From Candidatus Dormiibacterota bacterium (lineage in GTDB: Bacteria; Vulcanimicrobiota; Vulcanimicrobiia; Vulcanimicrobiales; SCRA01), in contig DATLUD010000008.1 of NCBI GenBank assembly GCA_035533275.1, forward strand, positions 123,198 to 187,197: a stretch of DNA of 64,000 bases. Reading direction: 5' to 3'. How positions within the stretch are numbered: position 1 is the stretch's first letter; every line of letters begins with the position of its first letter. Shown in pieces: positions 1-7,714 of this stretch. The position numbers and the translations under genes are program-made. The notes under the pieces are model-generated. The model was given only the letters and a program-made list of their open reading frames with translations, searched no databases and was not told the DNA's origin.

Positions 1-860
1 TATTGGGCCGCCACGGAGCTGTAGTCGTCGCGGCCATGGCCCTCGCTCGAGGCCGCCCCGTAGAGCTGCTCGCCCAGAGCCAGCATGAACATCGGGGCCC
101 CCAGCGCCCGTGCGGTGGCCAGCGCCGCGCGGATGTCCTTGCGCATCAAGTCGAGCGCAAAGCCCCCATCGAAGGTACCCGCGAACCAGGTCTTCGGCAG
201 CCACTGCTGCATGAGGTAGTTGGAGGCGACCGCCGTTCCCAGGATCTCCTTGGCCACGTCAAGGTCGACGCCGGCCTTGCGCGCCAGCACGAAACCCTCG
301 ACGTTGGCCAGCATGATGATCGACGCGAGCGTCTGATTCACCAGCTTGACCATCTCGCCGGCACCCAGCTCGCCGCAGCGGCGCGGCGTTCCCATCCCCT
401 TGAGCACGGGCTCCGCGCGGGCGAAATCCTGCTGCGAGCCGCCCGCCATGATGGTGAGCTCACCGGTCTTCGCGCGCATCGGCCCCCCGGAGACGGGGGC
501 GTCGACCAGCGCGACGCCGTGCTCCTTGAGCCGATCGCCGAAGGCTTGCGTGGCCGTGGGAGCGATGGTGGAGCAATCGATCACCAACAACCCCGGCTTG
601 GCACCAGTCAGCACGCCGTCGGCGCCGAAGAGCGCCTCTTCGACCTGCGGCGAGTCGGGCACGCAGACGACGACCACATCGCTGGCCGCCGCCACGCCCT
701 TGGGGCTCCCGCCGTCGGCCGCTCCGGCGGCCACCAACCGCTCGAGCGGCGCGCGATTGCGGTGGGCGCTCACGGTCAGCGAGAAGCCGGCCCGCATCAG
801 CGAGGCGCTCATGGGCTCCCCCATCGCGCCCAATCCGATGAATCCAACCTTGGTAGACAC
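1..860 (-). CDS. NAD-binding beta-hydroxyacid dehydrogenase (3-hydroxyisobutyrate dehydrogenase / tartronate-semialdehyde reductase family); C-terminal end runs off the window
   Basis: Absent from the ORF track because there is no stop inside the window. Reverse translation from GTG at 860-858 gives VSTKVGFIGLGAMGEPMSASLMRAGFSLTVSAHRNRAPLERLVAAGA, the GxGxMG Rossmann N-terminus of this family. A GGAG-rich SD lies just upstream. The + ORF 3..890 is its antisense shadow. Confidence 0.85.
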   Translation of the reverse strand, partial: MSTKVGFIGLGAMGEPMSASLMRAGFSLTVSAHRNRAPLERLVAAGAADGGSPKGVAAASDVVVVCVPDSPQVEEALFGADGVLTGAKPGLLVIDCSTIAPTATQAFGDRLKEHGVALVDAPVSGGPMRAKTGELTIMAGGSQQDFARAEPVLKGMGTPRRCGELGAGEMVKLVNQTLASIIMLANVEGFVLARKAGVDLDVAKEILGTAVASNYLMQQWLPKTWFAGTFDGGFALDLMRKDIRAALATARALGAPMFMLALGEQLYGAASSEGHGRDDYSSVAAQ

Positions 861-987
861 CTTGGCTCCCCTCTCCTATGGAACGTGTGAGGTGAGGCTT
901 GTTCGCTCCGCCGACGCCCCACGCTTCTCGGCGGACGAAAAGGAATGCGAGGCGAGCGGCGCGGAGTGCGGCGGCGGAGGACTCGCC

Positions 988-2262
988 ATGAAGATTCACC
1001 TCGCGTACGGACGCGCCGGCATCGACGCCGAGCTGCCCGACTCCGCCGTCGTCATCGAGCCGGTCGACGCGCCGCCTCTGCCGGACGAGCGCGCCGCCGT
1101 CGTCGCCGGTTTCCGCTCGCCGATCGGCTCGCGTCCGCTGCGCGAGATCGTCGGCGCCGGCGAGAGCGTCTGCATCGTCACCTCGGACATCACGCGCGCC
1201 ACGCCGAACGAGCGCCTCATCCCGTGGATCCTCGACGAGCTCGCGCACGTGCCGGCCCAGCAGATCGTCGTGCTGATCGGCACGGGATCCCACCGCGGGC
1301 AGACACCCGAGGAGATCGAGCAGATGTTCGGCGCGCAGACGGCGCGGCGCGTGCGCATCGTGAACCACGACGCCCTCCAGCTCGACGAGACGGCCGTCGT
1401 GGGCACCACCGCCGAGGGGCAGATTGCGCGGCTCAACCGGCACTGGGTCGAGGCCGACAAGCGTATCGTCGTCGGCTTCATCGAGCCGCACCTCTATGCC
1501 GGGTTCTCCGGAGGACCCAAGGGCATCATGCCCGCGATCGCCGACATCGACACCATCACCTGCTTCCACAACGCGCGCAAGATCTCCGATCCCGCCACCA
1601 CGTGGCTCAACCTCGACGGGAGCCCGGTGCAACAGATGGCGCGCGAGGTGGCGGCGATGTGCCCGCCGGACTTCTGCGTCAACGTCACGCTCAATCGCGA
1701 CAAGGCGATCACGGGCGTCTTCTGCGGTCACTATCTCGAGGCGCACCGCAAGGGCTGCGACTTCTGCCGCGAGACCGCTTCGCGCCCCATGCCCGAGCGC
1801 TTCGACGTGGTGGTCACCACCAACGGCGGGTACCCGCTCGACCAGAACCTCTACCAGTCGATCAAGGGGCTCACCGCGGCGATGGGCATCGTCAAGCAGG
1901 GGGGCACCATCGTGCTGGCGTGCGAGTGCAGCGACGGTCTCCCCGACCACGGCAACTTCAAGGAGCTCATCCGCAGCCGCGCGACCGCGCACGACCTGAT
2001 GCAGATGATCCTGACGCCGGGCTTCAAGGCGTTCGACCAGTGGAGCGCGCAGAGCATGGCTCAGGTGCTCCTGCACGCGAAGGTGCACATCAAGACCGCG
2101 CTGCACGACGACGTCGTTCGCTCGGCGCTGCTGCAGCCGATCCATGACGTGAGCGAGGCCGTGCGCGCCGCCATGCAGGCGGCCGGCCCGCGCGCCACGA
2201 TCGCGGTGCTCCCCGACGGGCCGTACACGGTGCCGTTCGTCGGCGCGGAGAGCGCGATCTGA
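988..2262 (+). CDS. larA: LarA-like nickel-pincer-dependent 2-hydroxyacid racemase/epimerase (DUF2088 family)
   Basis: Same frame as ORF 346..2262. ATG at 988 has GGAGGA 7 nt upstream. Starts MKIHLAYGRAGIDAELP. Carries GTGSHRG and EPHLYAGFSGGPKG motifs, the His and cofactor-binding Lys regions of lactate racemase. Confidence 0.85.
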   Translation: MKIHLAYGRAGIDAELPDSAVVIEPVDAPPLPDERAAVVAGFRSPIGSRPLREIVGAGESVCIVTSDITRATPNERLIPWILDELAHVPAQQIVVLIGTGSHRGQTPEEIEQMFGAQTARRVRIVNHDALQLDETAVVGTTAEGQIARLNRHWVEADKRIVVGFIEPHLYAGFSGGPKGIMPAIADIDTITCFHNARKISDPATTWLNLDGSPVQQMAREVAAMCPPDFCVNVTLNRDKAITGVFCGHYLEAHRKGCDFCRETASRPMPERFDVVVTTNGGYPLDQNLYQSIKGLTAAMGIVKQGGTIVLACECSDGLPDHGNFKELIRSRATAHDLMQMILTPGFKAFDQWSAQSMAQVLLHAKVHIKTALHDDVVRSALLQPIHDVSEAVRAAMQAAGPRATIAVLPDGPYTVPFVGAESAI

Positions 2263-2304
2263 TCGCCCCTTCGTAGGGAAGCGCTGACGACGTCCCAGCA
2301 TCGC

Positions 2305-2449
2305 CAAGCGGGCAGGGCACGTCTCTTGAGGGGCGCTCCGACATCGGCCCGGAGCCACGATGGCGAGAGGGCCGATGCGGCGCGAGCAGGAGCGGCACAT
2401 GGATGTGCCGCGACGAGCGTCCCCGAGGGAGGCGTGCCCTGCCCGCTTG
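2305..2449 (+). repeat. Structured intergenic repeat, copy 1 (candidate ncRNA / 3'-UTR element): 17-bp closing stem, inner stem and two hairpins
   Basis: Closing stem caagcgggcagggcacg (2305-2321) pairs perfectly with cgtgccctgcccgcttg (2433-2449). Hairpin catcggccc/gggccgatg lies at 2342-2377. Hairpin gcggcaca-UGGA-tgtgccgc lies at 2392-2411. The 100-nt core 2328-2427 is 87/100 identical to the reverse complement of 38506-38605. Confidence 0.8.
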
Positions 2450-2487
2450 ACTACGCCGACATGACGTAGACCAGCGATTCCGGTGGG

Positions 2488-3756
2488 CTATTGAGGGTAG
2501 CCCAAGTGGCAGACCTTGGCCTTCTCCGCCACGGATTGCTCGATCTTCTCCGCCGGCTGGCGATCGATCACGTTGAAGACGTCGTAGGGATCGCTCGCGG
2601 GAGCCTTCTTGCGCACCTCCGCGACCCACACCGGCCACATCAGCTGGTGATCGACGGGGCGGAAATAGGCCTCTCCGGGGAAGAAGCCGTCGAACTTGGC
2701 CCCCTCCAGGGAGCGTGCCATCTTGACGCTGTCCGTGCCGCCGGCGTGCTGGATCGACCAGAGCAGCCGATCGAGCATGATGTATCCGAACGTGTTGTAG
2801 TTGGTGGGGGGTTTGCCGAAGCGCTTGCGCGTCTCGTCGACGAACTTGACGGCCGCGGTGTCGCTCTGCGGGAAAACGAGGTTGCTGTGGTAGTACCACT
2901 CGCACGAGCCGTATCCCACGCGCGCCTCTTCCGGAAGCGACCACACGTACTCCAGCGAGAGCTGGGGCGTGCCGATCGGGTACTTGGCGATCAAGCCGAA
3001 CGCGCCCGCCTGCTTGAGCATGTTCACGTAGTCCGTGCCCTGGACCAGCGCCAGGATCATGTCGGGCTTCGCCGCGGCGATCTTGGTGAGGTAGGGGCTG
3101 AAGTCGGTGGTTCCCAGGGGCACGAGGTCGTCGCCGACCAGCGTGCCGCCGACCTTCGCGAGGACGTCCTTGTAGCCGTCCACCAGCGCGTGGCCGTACG
3201 CGTAGTCGGGCGTGATCGCGTACCAACGCTTTCCGAACTTCTTGGCGAAGCTGAAGCCGCTGGCGTGCGTGAGCATCCACGTGCTATGGCCGACGCGGAA
3301 GGTCGTCCAGTGGCAGTCCTTGCCCGTGATGTCGTCGGCGCTGCCGCAGGAGACGTAGAGCATCTTCTGGTCGGCGGCGACGTTGCTCACGGCGAGCACG
3401 ACGGAGCTGTTCACGCTGCCGGAGAGGGCGACGACCTTGTCCTCGTTGATCAGCTTGCGCGTTTTCTGCACCGCGACGCCCGGGTTGTTCTGGTCGTCCT
3501 CCACGACCAGCTCGACGCGCTTGCCCAGCACGCCGCCGCGCGCGTTCCAGGCCTCGACGGCCATCGTGGCGCCCTCACGCTGGTGCTCGGCCAGCCCGGC
3601 GTAGACGCCGGTGATCTCGGCGATCATGCCGACCTTGAGCGTCTCCGCGGCTTCGCCGCGCTCGCGGATGACGGCGGGAAAGCCCGCGGCGACCGCTGCG
3701 GCCGCGGCGCCCTTGATCACGGACCGGCGCGAGAGAGGCTGCTTGTGGACATCCAT
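2488..3756 (-). CDS. ABC transporter periplasmic substrate-binding protein, LivJ/Peripla_BP_6 type, with Tat signal
   Basis: C-terminal 422 aa of ORF 2488..4386. ATG at 3756 has GGAGGA about 10 nt upstream. N-terminus MDVHKQPLSRRSVIKGAAAAAVAAG is a twin-arginine signal. The body resembles branched-chain amino acid binding proteins. Confidence 0.85.
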   Translation of the reverse strand: MDVHKQPLSRRSVIKGAAAAAVAAGFPAVIRERGEAAETLKVGMIAEITGVYAGLAEHQREGATMAVEAWNARGGVLGKRVELVVEDDQNNPGVAVQKTRKLINEDKVVALSGSVNSSVVLAVSNVAADQKMLYVSCGSADDITGKDCHWTTFRVGHSTWMLTHASGFSFAKKFGKRWYAITPDYAYGHALVDGYKDVLAKVGGTLVGDDLVPLGTTDFSPYLTKIAAAKPDMILALVQGTDYVNMLKQAGAFGLIAKYPIGTPQLSLEYVWSLPEEARVGYGSCEWYYHSNLVFPQSDTAAVKFVDETRKRFGKPPTNYNTFGYIMLDRLLWSIQHAGGTDSVKMARSLEGAKFDGFFPGEAYFRPVDHQLMWPVWVAEVRKKAPASDPYDVFNVIDRQPAEKIEQSVAEKAKVCHLGYPQ

Positions 3757-3776
3757 GATGAGATCTTCCTCCAAAT

Positions 3777-3814
3777 CGAGAAAAATGAGGCAACGATGGG
3801 GAGAGCGTTCCTCG
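3777..3814 (-). terminator. Rho-independent terminator after the M14 gene
   Basis: On the minus strand: GAGGAACG-loop-CGTTGCCTC (8 bp with one bulge) followed by ATTTTTCTC. It sits 44 nt downstream of the stop at 3858. Confidence 0.6.
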
Positions 3815-3857
3815 ACGGAGGCGCGATTCATTCCCGACCATCGACGCAGCGGAGACG

Positions 3858-4643
3858 TCAGGGCCGCGACAACAGGCCCAGCGCCGTGCGGACCGCGGAA
3901 GCCAGCGACCTGACTCGCACCTCCCACGCGGCACGTCCCGGAGACTCGAACGTGAACGATAGCGGGACGCCGCGCTCGGACGACCACACCGTGAAGGGGC
4001 GTCCACCCAGCTCCCCCAGCGGCTCGTAGCGCAACGCCCGAATCCAGCCGCGCCCCGCGCGCCAGAGTCCGCGGCGTTCGGCCTCGTCGACCGGAATGCC
4101 GAGGTCGATGCCCTCGAAGCTGGCCTGCACGGGGATGCCGGAGGCCTCCACGCCGGCCACGATCCGCTCCGCCATCGTCTCCACGGTGTTCGAGCGCTCG
4201 TAACAGTAGAAGCCCGGCGCCTCGTAGTCCTCGTGCAGGTCGAGCGCCAAGAGGGGCTGCCGATGCGGCCACGTCGCCGCGACCGCCGCGCTCTCCGGCG
4301 TCACGCCGTCGCCGTAGCTCCGGTTGATATCGACTCCGCCGGCGCTGTGCCGCGTGCCGGCACGATACCCCGTCGGATTGGTGCACGGCCAGAAGACGTA
4401 GGAGAACTGCGAGGGTAGGCCTTGATGGACCAGCTCGAGCAGCGCGCTCGGTCCCGCCGGCTCGTCGCCGTGCACTCCCGCCGAGATGGCCACCAGCGGC
4501 GCGTCCGGGTGCCCCAGCGTGCCGCGCAGGAGCTCCGTCTCGCCGGCAGGCACGCTCTGGAGCCTGAGGCCGCCCCGCGCCGCGAGCTCACGCCACGCGG
4601 CGGCGAGTGCCTCGTAATCGGGTCGGAAGGGCGGTGGCGTCAT
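3858..4643 (-). CDS. M14-type zinc metallopeptidase / succinylglutamate desuccinylase-aspartoacylase (AstE/AspA) family protein
   Basis: ORF 3858..4643. SAGVHGDEPAG matches the HxxE zinc motif of the family. DLHEDYE lies further on. Confidence 0.75.
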   Translation of the reverse strand: MTPPPFRPDYEALAAAWRELAARGGLRLQSVPAGETELLRGTLGHPDAPLVAISAGVHGDEPAGPSALLELVHQGLPSQFSYVFWPCTNPTGYRAGTRHSAGGVDINRSYGDGVTPESAAVAATWPHRQPLLALDLHEDYEAPGFYCYERSNTVETMAERIVAGVEASGIPVQASFEGIDLGIPVDEAERRGLWRAGRGWIRALRYEPLGELGGRPFTVWSSERGVPLSFTFESPGRAAWEVRVRSLASAVRTALGLLSRP

Positions 4644-4658
4644 GCCGCTCCCGATTCG

Positions 4659-6335
4659 CTACCGCGGCGCAAACCCCGCCGGGGGCCTCGACTCCTCTCC
4701 GGGTACGGCCACGGGGGTGATGCCCAGCGAGCCGCACGACATCGGCGCGGGGAAGGTGTCAACCACCCGGCTCGGGATCTCAGCCGCCGCGGCGGGAATC
4801 GGCGGCTTGGTGCCCGCCAGGCGCGCGGGGTCGAAGCCGCCGAGCAGGTCGGTGATGCGCGGGTTGGCGTCTCGCGGGCCTTCGGGAAGGTAGGGCTTCT
4901 CGTCGGGAAGCGAGGCAAGCGCAGGCAAGTCGAAGAGCTTTCCGAGGAACCGCGCGAACGACGCGTGGTCGCCCGGCGCGGAGACGGTCGCTCCCGATCT
5001 CGCGTACGGCGAGATCAGGATCAGCGGGACGCGCGGGCCGTCTCCGCAGGGATGGCCGTCGGGGCAACGCTCGAACTGCGGCGGCGGGACGTGATCGTAG
5101 AATCCCTCGGAGTCGTCCCAGGTGATCACGATCGCGGAGCTGCTCCAGTACGTGCTGTGGGCGATGGCGTCCACCACTTTGGCCACGAGCGCCTCGGAGA
5201 GCTGTGAGTCCGAGTACCCGGGATGGTCGTCGTCGCCGAGGAAATGCGCCTGTACCTGGGGGCTCCGGTTGGCCGGCTTCCATCCGAACGGATTGTGCGA
5301 GCCCCCCTTCACGAAGGTGACGCTGCGCGCGGGCAGCTCGCCGCGCTCCAGCACGGGGAAGATGTCCGTGAGATCGTGCACTCCGCTCCACAGCGGCTGA
5401 TTCTCGCGGATGTAGCCGAAGTACTGAGGCGAGTCGTGGTGCGAGACGTACCCCGGGTACTTCCCGGCGGCATTGGGTTTGAAGCCTTCCTCGTACCATC
5501 CCCACGGAATCGCCGGATGCCCCATGGCGGCCAACGCCTCCACGTCGTCCTTGACGTCACCGTCGTCGCGCTTGGCGCGCGTGGCGTTGCGGCCTTCGAG
5601 CGTGAGCAGGACGTTGGCGTACGTCTGATCGAGCTGCTTCTGCCGCGGCGCCTTCTCGTACGGCCCGAACGCCGGATCGAGATCGTTGACCACCGGCTCG
5701 CCCGGCCCTTGGGCGTCTTTGGCCACGCCCTCGTCGGGATGGCGCGCCAGCTGCGTCTGCCCCGTCTGCGCCGCGATCAGGTCCAGGTTGCCCGGCGTCG
5801 AGGGGCCGTACATCCCCTGGAAGATGTGGTCGTAGAGCGCGAACGTATGCGCATACTTCCAGAGGAACGGAATGGTGTCGCAGTCCTCGTGCGCCATCGT
5901 CAGCAAGCCGCGCCGCTGCGCCTGCGCGAAGGTCGCCCCCTGCGCGAGCATGCGAAACTCCTCCGCCGCGACGAACTGATCCATGTGGCCGTCGTTGACC
6001 TTCGTGATGAGGCTGGGCCGGCTGTGGTCGGCGTCGGCTTGATCGGGATCGGTGATGCGGAACGGCGTCACCCACTGCTCGCCGATCGGATCGTACTGCC
6101 GAAAGCCGTGCGTGCGCGCCGAGGGGTCGGCGAGATTGTCGGCGCCGGGAAACGTGCCGAAGTATGAGTCGAACGAACGATTCTCCTGATAGATCACGAA
6201 GACGTGCTTGACGCGCGCGCGCAGCTCGGCCAAGAGCCGCGCGTCGACCTGGGGCCGCTCCGCCGCCGGCGCCGGCTTCATCAGCCAGGGAGCGCAGATG
6301 GCCATCGCCATCGCGAAGGCAACGAGTCTCCGCAC
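4659..6335 (-). CDS. Secreted phosphoesterase family protein (phospholipase C / acid phosphatase AcpA-like, PF04185-type)
   Basis: ORF 4659..6335. GTG start with GAGGAGG 8 nt upstream. Signal peptide MRRLVAFAMAMAICAPWLMKPAPAAE. Family-typical VFVIYQENRSFDSYFGTFPGA motif. Confidence 0.85.
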   Translation of the reverse strand: MRRLVAFAMAMAICAPWLMKPAPAAERPQVDARLLAELRARVKHVFVIYQENRSFDSYFGTFPGADNLADPSARTHGFRQYDPIGEQWVTPFRITDPDQADADHSRPSLITKVNDGHMDQFVAAEEFRMLAQGATFAQAQRRGLLTMAHEDCDTIPFLWKYAHTFALYDHIFQGMYGPSTPGNLDLIAAQTGQTQLARHPDEGVAKDAQGPGEPVVNDLDPAFGPYEKAPRQKQLDQTYANVLLTLEGRNATRAKRDDGDVKDDVEALAAMGHPAIPWGWYEEGFKPNAAGKYPGYVSHHDSPQYFGYIRENQPLWSGVHDLTDIFPVLERGELPARSVTFVKGGSHNPFGWKPANRSPQVQAHFLGDDDHPGYSDSQLSEALVAKVVDAIAHSTYWSSSAIVITWDDSEGFYDHVPPPQFERCPDGHPCGDGPRVPLILISPYARSGATVSAPGDHASFARFLGKLFDLPALASLPDEKPYLPEGPRDANPRITDLLGGFDPARLAGTKPPIPAAAAEIPSRVVDTFPAPMSCGSLGITPVAVPGEESRPPAGFAPR

Positions 6336-6421
6336 GGTGCAACCTCCTCGAACGTCAAACGCCGCTGCTTGCCATCGAAGCAGTCAAGAACGGATTCTAC
6401 GTCGGCAAGGTTAGCAACAGA

Positions 6422-7036
6422 TCAAGGACCGGAGGCCCGCGCCGCCCACCGCCGGGCGCGCGCCAAGTCGTCCTCCGTGTCCACGTCGAGCAGTGCCCCG
6501 GGATCCTCCACGTCCACGCGCTCGACGGTGGCACCCTCGGCGTCGCGCAACGCCTGCAGAGACTCCCCATCGGGAAACGACTCCAAGCGTGGGCGCAGCT
6601 CCGGAGCAAAGATCACCGGGTGGGCCGGCGCCCCACCCACGACGGGAAAGACGATCTGCGCATCGCCCCTCCGGTACCGCTCGACCACGCGATCGACGAT
6701 CGCGGCCTCGAGGAACGGGCGGTCGGCCAGCACGATGCCCACGCCCCTTCCCGGCGCCGCAGCCTGCGCCCCCATGCGCGCGCTCGATGCCAAGCCCCGC
6801 TCGGGGTGGTTCTGCCGAACGACGGCCACCACGTGCTCGCGCGGCGCCAGCGCGCGCAGCAACTGCTCGCTGGAAGCGTTCACGACCACGATCGTGGGAT
6901 GGTGGGAGCAGGCGTCGAGCGCGCGCTCCAACAGCATCCGTCCGTCCACGTCGAGCGCGAGCTTGGGGCGCCCCATGCGCACCGCTCGCCCCGCCGCCAG
7001 AAGCACGAGGGTCACCTCGCGCGCCGGCGACGCCAT
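6422..7036 (-). CDS. mocA: MobA/MocA-like nucleotidyltransferase (molybdenum cofactor cytidylyltransferase family)
   Basis: ORF 6422..7036. LLAAGRAVRMGRPKLAL is the NTP_transf_3 signature. Its start overlaps the iclR stop (TGATG). Confidence 0.75.
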   Translation of the reverse strand: MASPAREVTLVLLAAGRAVRMGRPKLALDVDGRMLLERALDACSHHPTIVVVNASSEQLLRALAPREHVVAVVRQNHPERGLASSARMGAQAAAPGRGVGIVLADRPFLEAAIVDRVVERYRRGDAQIVFPVVGGAPAHPVIFAPELRPRLESFPDGESLQALRDAEGATVERVDVEDPGALLDVDTEDDLARARRWAARASGP

Positions 7037-7701
7037 CAGAGCTGCTCGGCGAGCTCCGCGGCGGCGCCGTGCAGCCGCTCGCCGAGGACGCTCATCTCCT
7101 GCTTGCGCAGCACGCCCGCGGGCCCCGCCAACCAGAGCACCGCCGCGACCGAGTCGCCGCGGACCACCGGAGCGGCCACGGTGCGCACGCCTTGCAGATA
7201 CTCCTGGTCGTCGCAGGCATAGGGTGCGCGCCCGGCAGCGAGCAAGACCTTGCCGATCGCCCCGGCGCCCCGCGGAAGACGCGCGCCGACGGGCGCGGTC
7301 TGCGCGAAGCCCGCGCTATGCCCGGAGCGCGCGTGGACGACGATCCCCTCCGCATCCGGCACGCCGAAATAGAACGTCAGCTCCGGATGCTCCCGCGCGA
7401 GCCGGTCGAGGACGGGCTGCACGCTACGCAGCTCCGGGGCGCTCTTCCCCGCGGCCAGCTCGCGCAGCTTCTCTCCGATGCGCAGCGACCCGTCCGGGGC
7501 GGTGGTCAGCGCGCCGACGGCCAGCAGACTGCGCACCACGGCATGGACGGAGCCCTTGCTCACGCCCAACTCACGCGCGAGCGCCGAGATGCTGCGCGTC
7601 CCGCCGAAGACCCGCTCCAGCACGACGAACGCGCGGCCGACGGCGGGCGCAGGCAGATCGGCCTTCCACCCGGAGACAGTAGGCGGCTCGACTGCGCTCA
7701 T
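7036..7701 (-). CDS. IclR family transcriptional regulator
   Basis: ORF 7036..7701. N-terminal wHTH (ISALARELGVSKGSVHAVVRSL) followed by an IclR-type effector domain. Lies 13 nt downstream of glcF. Confidence 0.8.
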   Translation of the reverse strand: MSAVEPPTVSGWKADLPAPAVGRAFVVLERVFGGTRSISALARELGVSKGSVHAVVRSLLAVGALTTAPDGSLRIGEKLRELAAGKSAPELRSVQPVLDRLAREHPELTFYFGVPDAEGIVVHARSGHSAGFAQTAPVGARLPRGAGAIGKVLLAAGRAPYACDDQEYLQGVRTVAAPVVRGDSVAAVLWLAGPAGVLRKQEMSVLGERLHGAAAELAEQL

Positions 7702-7714
7702 CGGTTCCCTCCCG

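Noticed and set aside
460-2400. 646-aa minus-strand ORF overlapping larA, with similar long ORFs at 3..890(+), 945..2147(+), 2090..3280(-) and 2491..4029(+)
   Set aside because: These are Arg/Ala/Gly/Pro-rich low-complexity translations lying antisense or out of frame to genes with clear family motifs. They are the classic stop-codon-poor shadow ORFs of a ~70% GC genome.
2263-2487. Interpreting the structured repeats as a MITE or IS remnant
   Set aside because: The terminal (outer-stem) sequences are the least conserved part of the two copies, the opposite of transposon TIRs. I could see no target-site duplication, and no transposase or RAYT gene is in the window. This is not fully excluded, and a REP-like role remains an alternative in the main finding.
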